Below, piece by piece: positions 27,310 through 37,160 of a stretch of 64,000 nt of DNA. The stretch spans positions 416,001-480,000 of the forward strand of contig JBGPIA010000002.1 of NCBI GenBank assembly GCA_041484665.1. Reading direction: 5' to 3'. The notes below the pieces were generated by a model. That model was given only the letters and a program-made list of their open reading frames with translations. It made no database searches and was not told the DNA's origin. This DNA comes from Candidatus Krumholzibacteriia bacterium (GTDB taxonomy: Bacteria > Krumholzibacteriota > Krumholzibacteriia > JAJRXK01). Each line of letters opens with the position of its first letter. Positions within the stretch are counted from its first letter, which is position 1. The translations under genes and the position numbers were made by a program.

Positions 27310-27406
27310 GCGCCCTTCTCCTTTGCTGCGCCGCGCCCGCTACGGGCGCCGTCGCGCTCCCACCCAGAGGCCGGCGGAGCGCCGAAGCCACGCGGCCAGC
27401 GCGCGC

Positions 27407-30400
27407 TCAGCGCTCCACATAGAACGTCAACAGCTCGGACGCCGGTCCGGCCGGCCCCACGTAGTCCAGGCGGCAGATGTAGGGTCCCGGCACCAGCGGC
27501 CGCGCGCCCCACGCCAGCTCGCTGGTGATCCCCGCAGCCGCCGGGCCGCTCGCCTGCAGCACCTGCTGGCCCTCGAGATCGTAGACCGTCACGTGCGCGG
27601 TCTGGTCCGCCCCGCTGTAGAAGCGCACCCGCGCCGTGGTTCCGTGCACGGGATTGGGGATCACGTGCGGGCGGAAATCCTCCTGCGCGATCAGTCCGGC
27701 GTCCGGGCGCACGACGCCCGCAGGGCCGCCGCGCGCCGTGCGCGCAAGGCCGGCACCCCGCCCCAACCACTCCGCAGAGCGCTCCACAGCCGGGGCCGGC
27801 GCGGGCAGCTCCACGGCCGCGAGGCGCGCGCTGCGGCTGCGATGCGCCGTGTCCGGCGCACCCGCACCATGCAGCGTATCGCCGAGGGCCTCGTACAGGA
27901 AAAGCGCGCGCTGCGGCGTGGCACCTGCGGCCAACGTGAAGTCGGCCACCAGCGGCGCGCTGGCCCCGCCCGCCGATGCGAGCTTCGGGTAGCCCGGCGT
28001 CGGATGCCCGTCGTGCTCCAGGGCATACAGCAGGCCGTACCGCGAGAGGAAGACGATCTCGGCGATCCCATCGCCGTCGACATCGGCCACCAGCGGCGTG
28101 CTCGCGGCAGCGTCCACCTGGTCCTCGCGCAGGAAGTGAAGCTCGCGCACGCGCTGCGGAAAACCCGTGCGGTCCAGACCGTCCGCGTTGAGCACGGCGA
28201 TGTAGCCAGCGGTGGCAATCACCAGCTCGAGCTTCCCGTCACCGTCCACGTCGCCTAGCGCCGGCTCGCCCACCACTGGGTCCGCCAGGCGCCGCGCGAA
28301 GCGACGCACCGACCACTGTCCGGCTTGAACACGCTGGGCCAGCCACACGCCGCCGCTGGCCGAGACCACGGCGACCCGATCCGGTCCTTGAGGCTGCGGC
28401 CAGGCCAGCACCCAGAACGCCCCCTGGTCCTCCCCCTCGACCTGATTGGGCAGGGCCAGTCCCTCCCCACCGGGGAGTGGTTGGCCCGAGATCTGTGTGA
28501 GATGCAGCGCGCCGCCGGCGACGTACGCCAGGTCATCGGCGATGCCGTTGTCGCCCAGGTCGGCGGCGCACGGAGCGCTGCGCAGTCGCACCGATGCGCC
28601 GAGCTGGAAGTTGGGCGACCAGCCCTCGTCGTTGCCGTCGGCGCCCATGACGTAGATGGCACTCGCGCTGGTGTCGGCGCCCACCAAGAACGTCTGCGGC
28701 AGCGCGGGCACGAGCACCGGGCCGTGCGACAGTGGATGGCCGAAGTCCGCGGGGAAGGTCGGGAGGATCTCCCGCAACGCGCCCGACACCGGGCCCTGCC
28801 GCGAGAACGCGTGCACCTGGCCACTGCGCAGCATCACCACCAGGGCGTCGGTGGTGTCCTGCCCGGAGTTGCGAAGGAGGCTGGCGGAAGCGGGCGGCCC
28901 GGCCAGGGGCGCCCCCAGATCGGGGAGCACGCGCGGCGAAGCGCCGAAGCGCGGCCGACCGTCCATGCCGTAGCAGTACAGACCGAAGAGGCCGGTACTG
29001 TCGGCGGCCTGCGCCGCGACGATCACTGCCGGCCCGGCGTCGAACTCGAAGAACCCGACGCTCTCCGCCTGCCCCTTGAGCGGCACCGCCGCGCCGCCGG
29101 CCCCGGCGACGTCGGGCAACACGGCCGGGAAGCCGTCGCCGCCATTGACGAGCGAGCCGGGCACCTGGGCGAACAAGACCATCAGCGGCGCGGTGGCCGA
29201 GACGTTTTTCACCAGCGCGTCCGTCGCCAGCCCGAACGTGCTAGCGGTGCTGGGGAGCGTGGTCGCGGAGATCTCGGTGGCGGTGGCGGGATATGTGATG
29301 GTCGTGTTCGAATCTACCGGCACCACCGTCAGCGCGCGGAACGCGTCGTTCTCGCTGCCCAAGAAGCCGCGCGTCGTGAAGTCGAAGACGCCGATGTCCT
29401 GGATGCCGTCCGCCTCGATTAGCTCCAGACCCAGGTCATCGCGTGTGCGCTGCACGGTATTGGTGGCGATGCGCGCGTCGATGCGGTCCTGGCGCACGCG
29501 CCACAAGAGCATCCCGCCCGGCCACGGCATGAAGAAGTCGTACTCGTGCGTATTGATCGTGATGCGCGGGTCCTGCTGGACCACGCGGCCCAGGTAGATC
29601 ACGACGCCCGTCGCCGGATCCTGGATCAGGCCCCAATCAGGCCCGGCGAGGGCCGGGATGTGCCGGTTCTCCAGCAGGAAGAACTCGTTGGGACTGACAT
29701 CCAGGAGCGCCGACTTCGACTCCGTTGCTTGCAGCTGTTGGGACTCGGTGCTGCGCAGGAGGATCTTGCGCAGCTTGCTCCCCACGCGCACCGGCTCGGT
29801 CCAGCCCAGGAACCACTTGCACCAGATGCTGATGCTGGGCGGGAGCAGCCCGACGACGATCTCGGGATCGCTGTGCCCCTCCACGGCGACCGCCGCGGCC
29901 AGATTCGTTCCATTGTCCATCAGGTCCCAGTAGCCCACGACCGGCAATCCCTCGGTCGTGCTGTAGAGGTCCGGGAGCCCGAGGCCGTGGCCGAACTCGT
30001 GGTACAGGGCCGCGGCGATGCTGCCGGTCAGACCATCCTGGCTGGTGCTCTCGGGAACGATGCTGCACTCGGTGACCGTTCCCGGTTCCCCGCTGCGGCT
30101 GTCGTGGGACGTCAGCGTCACGGAGTCCTCGTCGCCCAGCTGCACGAAAAAGGTAGGGATATCGTTGGGCGAGTAGTCGGGCTGGCCCGGCTCCCACACC
30201 AGGTTGCTTTGCCAGCTGCCACCGGCGTGAGCGAACACGATGTACGTGTTGGGATCGTCGAAGTCGTAATCGGCGAGGTTCGCCGCGCCATCGGCCTGCG
30301 TCCCCGCGTCGGCAGCGAGGATCATGTCCTTGACCAGCTTGACGAGGCTGTCCAGCGTCCAGAAGCCGCCCGAACCCGGACCGTAGTCGGCGATGTCGCT

Positions 30401-31108
30401 CAGCTTATAGGAGTCGCAGTCCCCCTCGGGCAGCACCCGCGTCTGCATCACGAGCCTGCCGTTGCTCATCGAGCTCCAGTACTCGGCGAGGCCTTGCAAA
30501 TGCGCTTCGAAGAACGCCTTGTTGTGGGGCGGAGGATCGAAGATCGCAGTGCTGTCGGGCTGGCATTGGAAGTTGCCGTCCTGCGTGACGCTGGTCAATG
30601 AACCGCTGCGGTCGGTATTGAACGCGATGCGGATCAACAGCACGTGCAACGTATCGACGGGCGCGCCTGCGGCCAGCACTGCCGCCGGTGCGTTTCCGCC
30701 CTGCGCGGCAGCGAGCGCCCGGCGCGCCTGCCGCTGGTGCAACCTCTGCATACCCTTGCGCGAGATCCCGTGCGGGCCCAGCGCGCGATCGGCGCGCTGC
30801 TCCGCCTCCAGCCGCAGCCGCAGCAGCTCAACCTGGTGATCGCTCAGCGCGAGCCAGCGCGGCGCCGCCGCAGGCGTCTGCTTCTCCTGCGCGGCGTTGG
30901 CCGCCCCCCGCTGCGCAGGGCCCTCGCTTGGAAGGAGGCGCAGCACCGGCACCCGTGCCCGACCGTCCTGCGCCGCAGGCGTCGCCGCCCGGGCCACGGT
31001 CAAGGGGAGCGCCATCCCCCACAGGAGAAGGCATAGGCCTCCGGCGCTGCGCCGCATCTGCCCCAAAGCGATTCCTCCGCGGACCGCGTCCGCTCGCATC
31101 GTGCCCAT
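27407..31108 (-). CDS. M6 (immune inhibitor A)-like metalloprotease with FG-GAP/VCBS repeats and T9SS type-A-like C-terminal sorting domain (start uncertain)
   Basis: HEFGHGLGLPDLY, Met-turn WDLMDNG, GDVDGDGKLELV and ADVDGDGIAEIV repeats, CTD PNPV...VTVYDLEGQQV...GPYICRL. Confidence 0.8.
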   Translation of the reverse strand: MGTMRADAVRGGIALGQMRRSAGGLCLLLWGMALPLTVARAATPAAQDGRARVPVLRLLPSEGPAQRGAANAAQEKQTPAAAPRWLALSDHQVELLRLRLEAEQRADRALGPHGISRKGMQRLHQRQARRALAAAQGGNAPAAVLAAGAPVDTLHVLLIRIAFNTDRSGSLTSVTQDGNFQCQPDSTAIFDPPPHNKAFFEAHLQGLAEYWSSMSNGRLVMQTRVLPEGDCDSYKLSDIADYGPGSGGFWTLDSLVKLVKDMILAADAGTQADGAANLADYDFDDPNTYIVFAHAGGSWQSNLVWEPGQPDYSPNDIPTFFVQLGDEDSVTLTSHDSRSGEPGTVTECSIVPESTSQDGLTGSIAAALYHEFGHGLGLPDLYSTTEGLPVVGYWDLMDNGTNLAAAVAVEGHSDPEIVVGLLPPSISIWCKWFLGWTEPVRVGSKLRKILLRSTESQQLQATESKSALLDVSPNEFFLLENRHIPALAGPDWGLIQDPATGVVIYLGRVVQQDPRITINTHEYDFFMPWPGGMLLWRVRQDRIDARIATNTVQRTRDDLGLELIEADGIQDIGVFDFTTRGFLGSENDAFRALTVVPVDSNTTITYPATATEISATTLPSTASTFGLATDALVKNVSATAPLMVLFAQVPGSLVNGGDGFPAVLPDVAGAGGAAVPLKGQAESVGFFEFDAGPAVIVAAQAADSTGLFGLYCYGMDGRPRFGASPRVLPDLGAPLAGPPASASLLRNSGQDTTDALVVMLRSGQVHAFSRQGPVSGALREILPTFPADFGHPLSHGPVLVPALPQTFLVGADTSASAIYVMGADGNDEGWSPNFQLGASVRLRSAPCAADLGDNGIADDLAYVAGGALHLTQISGQPLPGGEGLALPNQVEGEDQGAFWVLAWPQPQGPDRVAVVSASGGVWLAQRVQAGQWSVRRFARRLADPVVGEPALGDVDGDGKLELVIATAGYIAVLNADGLDRTGFPQRVRELHFLREDQVDAAASTPLVADVDGDGIAEIVFLSRYGLLYALEHDGHPTPGYPKLASAGGASAPLVADFTLAAGATPQRALFLYEALGDTLHGAGAPDTAHRSRSARLAAVELPAPAPAVERSAEWLGRGAGLARTARGGPAGVVRPDAGLIAQEDFRPHVIPNPVHGTTARVRFYSGADQTAHVTVYDLEGQQVLQASGPAAAGITSELAWGARPLVPGPYICRLDYVGPAGPASELLTFYVER

Positions 31109-31222
31109 CACCGTGCTGCGCTCAGCACGCCGCACGCGCCACCCCGTCCATCCACCGCCTCCTGCGGCCGCCACCTTTGCCGAGTCCGCGCGCCGCGCCC
31201 GCCCGTCGCTTCCGCTCGCCGA

Positions 31223-32215
31223 TCAGAAATCGAACGAGAGGCTGAAACGATGCACGCGGTCGAGATCCTTCGCCTGGGGCACCGACGCGTAGTCGAAGCT
31301 GAGCCCCGTCCCCACCCACCGCTTCAGGTTCACGCCGCCACCGGCGGTGAAACTCCGGATGTCGCCCTCCGGGTCGCTCTTGTACCCGGCGCGCACGAAC
31401 AGGCTACCCTGGTAACCCCACTCCAGCCCTCCGCCCAGCACCTTCGTCTTGTCGTCCTTCACCAGGCTGATGTAGTAGTCCGCCACGCCGGTGACCGACG
31501 TCAGGTCGCTGTGGAACGGGGTGTAGGAGATCCCGCCGCGCAATGTGCGGGGCATGGGATCGGACTGGTCGGCGTCGATGAACGTGATGTTCGGTCCCAC
31601 GTTCGTCACGGTCAGCCCGGCCGCCATGTTCGGCATCACTTTGTAGCAGGCCCCCAGGTCGACGGCCCAGGTGGAGCCCGAGCCCGATCCGTTGTCCTTG
31701 GTCGCCCAATCCGGCGCCAGATTGTCACGGAAGTACTTGACGCCAAGCCCCAAGCCCAGCTGCGGCGTGAGCTTGGCGCCGTAGGCCAGGCCGATGGCGA
31801 ACTGGTTGGAGTTGAACGTCCCCTTCTGGTTGGAGCTCTCGTCCGTGGCGATCTGCTCGCCCTGGTTCAGGTACGTGAGGTACGCCCCGACCTCACCCCA
31901 CCCCTCCAGGTGTTGGCCGTACCCGATGAAGTACAGGTTCACGTCGCTGGCGAGCCCGGCCGCCAGCGGCGAGGTCATGAAGTGCAGCCCCCGACGGGAG
32001 CCATTGTCGGAGGCGAAGGCGAACGCGCCGAGGTTCCACCACATGGCGGTCATGTCGGTGGAGGCGGCGGTGCCGGCCTCGCCCAGCGCGTTGTAGCGCG
32101 CGCCGATGGGAAAGGTGAGCGAGATGCCGCCGGCCTGACTCACGGCGCGGGCCTCGCCCGTCAGCGCTCCTGCCACCGCGGTGGCGAGCAGCGCGATCAC
32201 GAACATGCGTCTCAC
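31223..32215 (-). CDS. porV: PorV/PorQ-family outer-membrane protein (T9SS shuttle)
   Basis: LTFPIGARYNALGEAGTAASTD..AMWWN signature, terminal HRFSLSFDF; directly downstream of porU; GTG start with AGGAGG RBS. Confidence 0.82.
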   Translation of the reverse strand: MRRMFVIALLATAVAGALTGEARAVSQAGGISLTFPIGARYNALGEAGTAASTDMTAMWWNLGAFAFASDNGSRRGLHFMTSPLAAGLASDVNLYFIGYGQHLEGWGEVGAYLTYLNQGEQIATDESSNQKGTFNSNQFAIGLAYGAKLTPQLGLGLGVKYFRDNLAPDWATKDNGSGSGSTWAVDLGACYKVMPNMAAGLTVTNVGPNITFIDADQSDPMPRTLRGGISYTPFHSDLTSVTGVADYYISLVKDDKTKVLGGGLEWGYQGSLFVRAGYKSDPEGDIRSFTAGGGVNLKRWVGTGLSFDYASVPQAKDLDRVHRFSLSFDF

Positions 32216-32329
32216 GGTCTTGTCCTCCTGTGTTCCACTCTGAACTTGGCGCTCGTTCTCCATGATGGACTCCGTTGCTTGCGCCGCCGTTTCCGTACGG
32301 GCGACGCTCGTGTTCGACCTCCCTGCGCG

Positions 32330-35300
32330 CTAGCGCATCCGGACCACCCGGCCGCTGCTGGTCAGCGTCGGCTCCGGCGCCGCCGAGGACGTCGCCGCCC
32401 TGAGGCTGGCCCGCACCGTGTAGAGGTAAACACCGTTGGCGATCTCGTCCCCCAAAGCGTCGCGTCCGTCCCAGCCGATCACGATCTGCCCGGGCGAGAG
32501 GACCTCCTCGCGCAGCGTGCGCACCGGGGTCCCATCCAGGGCAAAGATGCGCAGCTCCACGGTGGTGAGGTCCGTGGCCGGCCCCTCCATCACGAAGCGG
32601 GTCGATTCGGCGAAGGGGTTGGGAAAGGGCAGCATGGTGATCTGGGGCTCGCCCCCCACCTGGACCACCGTGAAAGCAAGCGTGGCTGTCCCGACGTTTC
32701 CCACCATGTCGCTGGCGCGCAGCGTGGCGGTATGCTTGCCCGCTGTGATGTCCTGCGGCAGCGTGAAGCGCAGGCTGCCCCGGTCGAATCGCCCGTCGTC
32801 GAGGGCGAACGCGCTGGTCACGTCGGTGGCGATGTCGCTGCTGTCGATCTCCAGGGTGATGGCGCTGGCCGGCGAGCGGGCCTGCACGTTGATGCCGCTG
32901 GGATCGTCCAGCCCGGCGGTCATCACCGCGCCGGGGAGCACCGCCCCGTCCTTGCCCGCATTCTCGAACGCCAGGGTGATGCGCGGACCGGCTGCATCCT
33001 GGCTCTGGCTGGTCACGCGCCGGGCGGGCATCGGCTCCTTCAGCGCCACGACCTGCTCGTTCCCGGACTCGGCCAGCAGGCGCAGCCGCCCGTCGGTGCC
33101 GAACGCCATCGCAGTGGGAACCAGCAGCTCGGCCGTCACCTTGCCGGCCGTGACCGTGCCGGTGCCGTGGAAGATGGCGGCCCCGTCGATGGCGTAGTCG
33201 ATGCGCGCCCCCGGCACCGGACAGCTCGACATGAGGTAGCCGGAATGATCGCGCGCCGCGCGCACCTCCAGGTCGTAACGCCCGGTGAAGTCCGTGCGCG
33301 GCGCGCCGCCCTGCTGCACCTGCGCCTCCACCTGCAGCAGATGCCCCGAATCCAACGTGGCCAAGAGCGAGTCGGTGAGCGCGAGCTGCGCACTGGGCGA
33401 CTCCAGCCGCATGGCCGGATCGCCCAGCAGCACGTACTTTTGCCCGTTGTGCTGGTTGAGGCTGCTGGATCCCGCGGAGGAGATCTTGGCCAAAAGCAGC
33501 GCCAGCCCGACGGGGACGCTGCGCCCCGCGATCGCGCCGGGGAACAAGAGCGGGTAGAACGCGTTGGTGAGCGTCTCGTTGGGGCCGACGTAGGTGACCT
33601 GCGTGGCGGCGATCGTGCCGATGGCGCCGCCGCCGTCGGACAGTACGAGCTTCTCGGACATGCTCTTGACGGCGTTGTCATCGAAGATCGAGACATCGCA
33701 CGAGAAGGCGAGGAACAGCGGGCGGCGCCCGGCGTTGGTGAGCGCTGTTACGTCCTCGATGCGGAACACGGCCTCGTCGGCCATCTGCTCCGGTGAGCCG
33801 TGGCCGATGTAGTGGACGATCAGCTGCCCCTCTGACCACGCGTTGCGCATCGCCGCCCGGGCGGTGGGTTTCGCCCGCGTGCCGGGGACGACCGGGAAGT
33901 TGGTCAAGTAGAGCTTCGACACGTCCAGCTCCTGCGGCAGCAGCGGCGGCCGGACGCCGCGGCCCTCCGCGATGAGCTCTGCCTCGGTGATGTGGTAGTC
34001 CTCGCAGGAGCAGTTGTCGAACGCCAGGCAGACGTCGTCATCGGCCACCATCAGCACGCTGTTGCGCCACGCTCCTGCCGCCGGGGCGGTCTCGTAGGCG
34101 ACGATGCGGTCGACCATCGCGCGCGCCTCGGCCAGGTTGGCCGCCGGCAGCCGTCCGGTCGCAACCTCGGGTAGGTCGATGAACCACTCGAAATTCGTCT
34201 GGGCGGGGGGATGGTCGTCCATGCAGCCCAGCCAGTCGTCGGCGGCGTAGGGCCGGTTCTGCACGTAGCCCTGGAAGAACGAGGACGGCCACAGCGTCTG
34301 GATGAAGGTCGGACAGCGGTCGATCTCCGATCCGGACGGATCGCGCGCCGCGCGGTTGCGGTAGTCCCGGCTGCCGTCGCCCAGGAACGCCGCGTACAGC
34401 AAGCGGCGGGACGGGTCCCCCGGGTCGGGATGCTCGTAGACGAACTTCAGGAAGTTGCGGATCGCCGCCGGCTCCTTCACGCCGTGGCCGAAGTTGTCAT
34501 AGACGTCCTGCAGGTCCACGGCGGTGGCCCGCGGCGTGCTCAGCGCCAGCCCCTGGCGGCCGGAAAGGCTCTGCCGGCGCAGTTGCGCCAGGTCCTCCGC
34601 CGCCGGCATCAGTTCGGCCGGCGCGAGGGCGAGGTAGTCAACCCCGCCCACGGCGGCGATCTCGCTGCGCAGCAGGCGCGGGCGGCGCACCCGCATGCGG
34701 TCGGGGCGCCGCACGGCCCCCGCCACCACCGCCACGAAGTCCCGCCGTTCCAAGGGCGTCAGATCCAGCTCCATCTGCAGCACGGACCCGCCGCTGATCA
34801 CGTCGCCATCGAGCACGCGCTTGGGGCGGTGCGGGTCAGTGGTGTCCAGGACGTAACGTGTGGTGGGCCAGGCCGACACGTTGCCGATCAGGAAACGCGC
34901 GCGCTCGGGCTGCGCGGCCTCGTCCGCGAAGACCACCCACGCCAGCTCGCCCGCGCGCAGGGTGAGGCCTCGCCGGTAGGTCACCGAGAAAAAGTCCATC
35001 TTCAGCTGGGTGGGGTAGAGCGTCGACCCCGGCGGCCCGGCGTAGGCCGTCGTGTTCTTCACCCACAGCGTGTCCAAGCCCTCGTGGGCATGGTAGCCGC
35101 CGAAGTACATGCGGAACGGCGGGTTGCGCAGGAGGCTGTTCTGATCCTCGAGGCTCCACGCTGCCGTCCCCAACGGCCCTGCGCGGGTGTGGTACTGCGC
35201 GCTGAACGGCGGGGTAACGTACCCCCGAGGCGGCGTGGGCGGCTCCGCGAACGGCTCGGTGTAGAGCCAGCCCGTGCTGTCGGGGATCACGGTGTCGGGA

Positions 35301-36610
35301 GCGAAGGCGAAACCGAGCTCCTGGTTGGTCGCGATGCGCGGCTCCCACAGCCAGTTGTCGCGCACCTCGCCAAAGGCCGGCGTGAGGTTGCGCTCCACGT
35401 GCAGCCGCTCGCGGTGCGAGAGCACGTCGCGCGTGGCCGAGCCCACGCTCGAGCCATCCAGCAGCTGCATGCGCAGCGGCGCGGCGGTGAACGTGCCCGG
35501 CGCGCTGCCTTGCACGTCCCAGGTCAGCCAGTACGCCAAGCGGTCAGAGAACTCGTGCTCGAGGTGGTCGCGCAAGCCCGCGGTCGGATCGTAGCGGTCA
35601 CTCCACTCCTCCGGGCCCGGCGCATAGAAGAGCACGCGGTCGCCCGCGTGCAGCAGGGGGCCCGACGCCTCCACCAGCAGTGCGCGCTCCACGAGCTCGT
35701 AGCCGTCGGTCCAGCTGCCGCGTGGGTCCTCGGGCAGCTCCGGCTGGTAGGGCGTGGGCGCTGCGAGCAAACGGAAGCTCGCCGGGTCGATCAGGTCGGC
35801 ATTGCCGGCGAGCAGGTCGAGATCGGCGTACGTCACCGCGTAGACGCCCGTGCGGACCACTTCCACGCGCAGCCAGCGATCGCTGCGGGCGAACGTGTCG
35901 TTGATCGCCGCGGGGGCGGCCGGCGCCGGGGCCCGGCGCTCGCCTTGCTCCTGCACGAAGTGGCGCGCCGCCGCGGGATTGATCACGGCGTCCGCGGGCC
36001 ACTGCGCCGCGGGCTCGCCGGGCGGCGCCCCTGCGGCACCCAGGCCGAGGCGGGTGGCGCGCCCAGCGGACGGCGGGTGGTCGATCTGCACCACCAGCTC
36101 GCGCACGACGAGCGGCACTGCGCCCTGGGGTCGGTGCAGCGCGTGCACGTCCACGTTGACGATCCACACGCCGCGGAAGCGGCGCGGCGGCGAGATGGAG
36201 AATGGCGCGCTGGCCAGCGGCTGGACGCCGGGGCGGCGATCGTCGTCGCTCATGGCGAACGCGGCGCCCCACTCGTCGACGACCTCGGCCGTCGCGGGCT
36301 CGGTCTGCAGGGAGACCGCGCGCGCGGTCACGCCGTGCGCTCCGGGCACGGCCACCGCGAACGACGTGCTCCAATCGGGGATGCTGTCCGCGGGCCAGCT
36401 CGCGCGCACGACGGTACGCAGGTCGCTCTGCTCGAGCACCTGCAGTTGAGCTGGCACGTAGCGCTGCAACGCCTGCGTCACGGCAGGGCCAAGCGCCAGC
36501 AGCGCCAGCGCGAGCAACGCAATGCTTCCCTGCGACCTGGGTTGGGCCGGCACGATCGTTCCTGCTCGCGAGCTCGACAGCGCTGCGCCGGGGGTTCCGG
36601 CGTCAGCCAC
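32330..36610 (-). CDS. porU: PorU-like type IX secretion sortase (peptidase C25, gingipain family) (start uncertain)
   Basis: VRTGVYAVTY, VYDNFGHG..PAAIRNFLKFVY, FLGDGSRDYRN, ATGRLP, catalytic HYIGHG and FSCD, LLGDPA, DPSGIN, FlgD-Ig-type CTD (FPNPF...WDGRD...ANGVYLY). Confidence 0.88.
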   Translation of the reverse strand: MADAGTPGAALSSSRAGTIVPAQPRSQGSIALLALALLALGPAVTQALQRYVPAQLQVLEQSDLRTVVRASWPADSIPDWSTSFAVAVPGAHGVTARAVSLQTEPATAEVVDEWGAAFAMSDDDRRPGVQPLASAPFSISPPRRFRGVWIVNVDVHALHRPQGAVPLVVRELVVQIDHPPSAGRATRLGLGAAGAPPGEPAAQWPADAVINPAAARHFVQEQGERRAPAPAAPAAINDTFARSDRWLRVEVVRTGVYAVTYADLDLLAGNADLIDPASFRLLAAPTPYQPELPEDPRGSWTDGYELVERALLVEASGPLLHAGDRVLFYAPGPEEWSDRYDPTAGLRDHLEHEFSDRLAYWLTWDVQGSAPGTFTAAPLRMQLLDGSSVGSATRDVLSHRERLHVERNLTPAFGEVRDNWLWEPRIATNQELGFAFAPDTVIPDSTGWLYTEPFAEPPTPPRGYVTPPFSAQYHTRAGPLGTAAWSLEDQNSLLRNPPFRMYFGGYHAHEGLDTLWVKNTTAYAGPPGSTLYPTQLKMDFFSVTYRRGLTLRAGELAWVVFADEAAQPERARFLIGNVSAWPTTRYVLDTTDPHRPKRVLDGDVISGGSVLQMELDLTPLERRDFVAVVAGAVRRPDRMRVRRPRLLRSEIAAVGGVDYLALAPAELMPAAEDLAQLRRQSLSGRQGLALSTPRATAVDLQDVYDNFGHGVKEPAAIRNFLKFVYEHPDPGDPSRRLLYAAFLGDGSRDYRNRAARDPSGSEIDRCPTFIQTLWPSSFFQGYVQNRPYAADDWLGCMDDHPPAQTNFEWFIDLPEVATGRLPAANLAEARAMVDRIVAYETAPAAGAWRNSVLMVADDDVCLAFDNCSCEDYHITEAELIAEGRGVRPPLLPQELDVSKLYLTNFPVVPGTRAKPTARAAMRNAWSEGQLIVHYIGHGSPEQMADEAVFRIEDVTALTNAGRRPLFLAFSCDVSIFDDNAVKSMSEKLVLSDGGGAIGTIAATQVTYVGPNETLTNAFYPLLFPGAIAGRSVPVGLALLLAKISSAGSSSLNQHNGQKYVLLGDPAMRLESPSAQLALTDSLLATLDSGHLLQVEAQVQQGGAPRTDFTGRYDLEVRAARDHSGYLMSSCPVPGARIDYAIDGAAIFHGTGTVTAGKVTAELLVPTAMAFGTDGRLRLLAESGNEQVVALKEPMPARRVTSQSQDAAGPRITLAFENAGKDGAVLPGAVMTAGLDDPSGINVQARSPASAITLEIDSSDIATDVTSAFALDDGRFDRGSLRFTLPQDITAGKHTATLRASDMVGNVGTATLAFTVVQVGGEPQITMLPFPNPFAESTRFVMEGPATDLTTVELRIFALDGTPVRTLREEVLSPGQIVIGWDGRDALGDEIANGVYLYTVRASLRAATSSAAPEPTLTSSGRVVRMR

Positions 36611-36619
36611 CAGACCGGA

Positions 36620-36886
36620 TCAAGCTCCCCCCTCGAGCCCTTCCAGCGGAATCCCCTCGCCAATCAGCATGATCGGGATCCCCTCCCGCACGGGGTAGAG
36701 GATGGCACCGTCCTCGCGTACCAGACCCTCAGCGATGGGCTCCGTGACAGGCTGGCCGTCACGGTTGACCACCGCGCCCTCGGCAACGCGGGCGTTGAGC
36801 CGCGCCAGCAGCGCGGCATCCGCCTCCCGCACGGGGGCTTTGGTCTCGGGGCATGCAAGGATCTCGAGCAGCTCTCTGCTGATCAC
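36620..36886 (-). CDS. Trm112/YcaR (UPF0434)-like protein
   Basis: LLEILACPETK...LYPVREGIPIML; GTG start with GAGGAGA RBS. Confidence 0.85.
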   Translation of the reverse strand: MISRELLEILACPETKAPVREADAALLARLNARVAEGAVVNRDGQPVTEPIAEGLVREDGAILYPVREGIPIMLIGEGIPLEGLEGGA

Positions 36887-37056
36887 GGGATCTCCTCGCC
36901 TGATCGGGGCGTTCGAGCGTGGATCTTGAACAACGGTCAAGTGATCACCACCCCGGGGCTTGCGCCACGGGGCCGCGAGAGGAGGGGAGACGAAGGACGG
37001 GTGAGCCCCGCGTGGGGCTCTGCCTCCCCTATATCGTGCGATGGTTGGCAAAGAAG

Positions 37057-37086
37057 AGGATACCCGCCACGGGGCCTTCCCGTCAA
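37057..37086 (-). promoter_or_regulatory. Putative sigma70 promoter for the Trm112-porU-porV cluster
   Basis: TTGACG-N18-TATCCT. Confidence 0.6.
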
Positions 37087-37160
37087 CCTCCGGGGCGGGT
37101 GCCCGCCGCGCGTCCCGGCGCACAAGCGGACCGCGGCCGGCGATGGCAGGAAGCCGGGCG

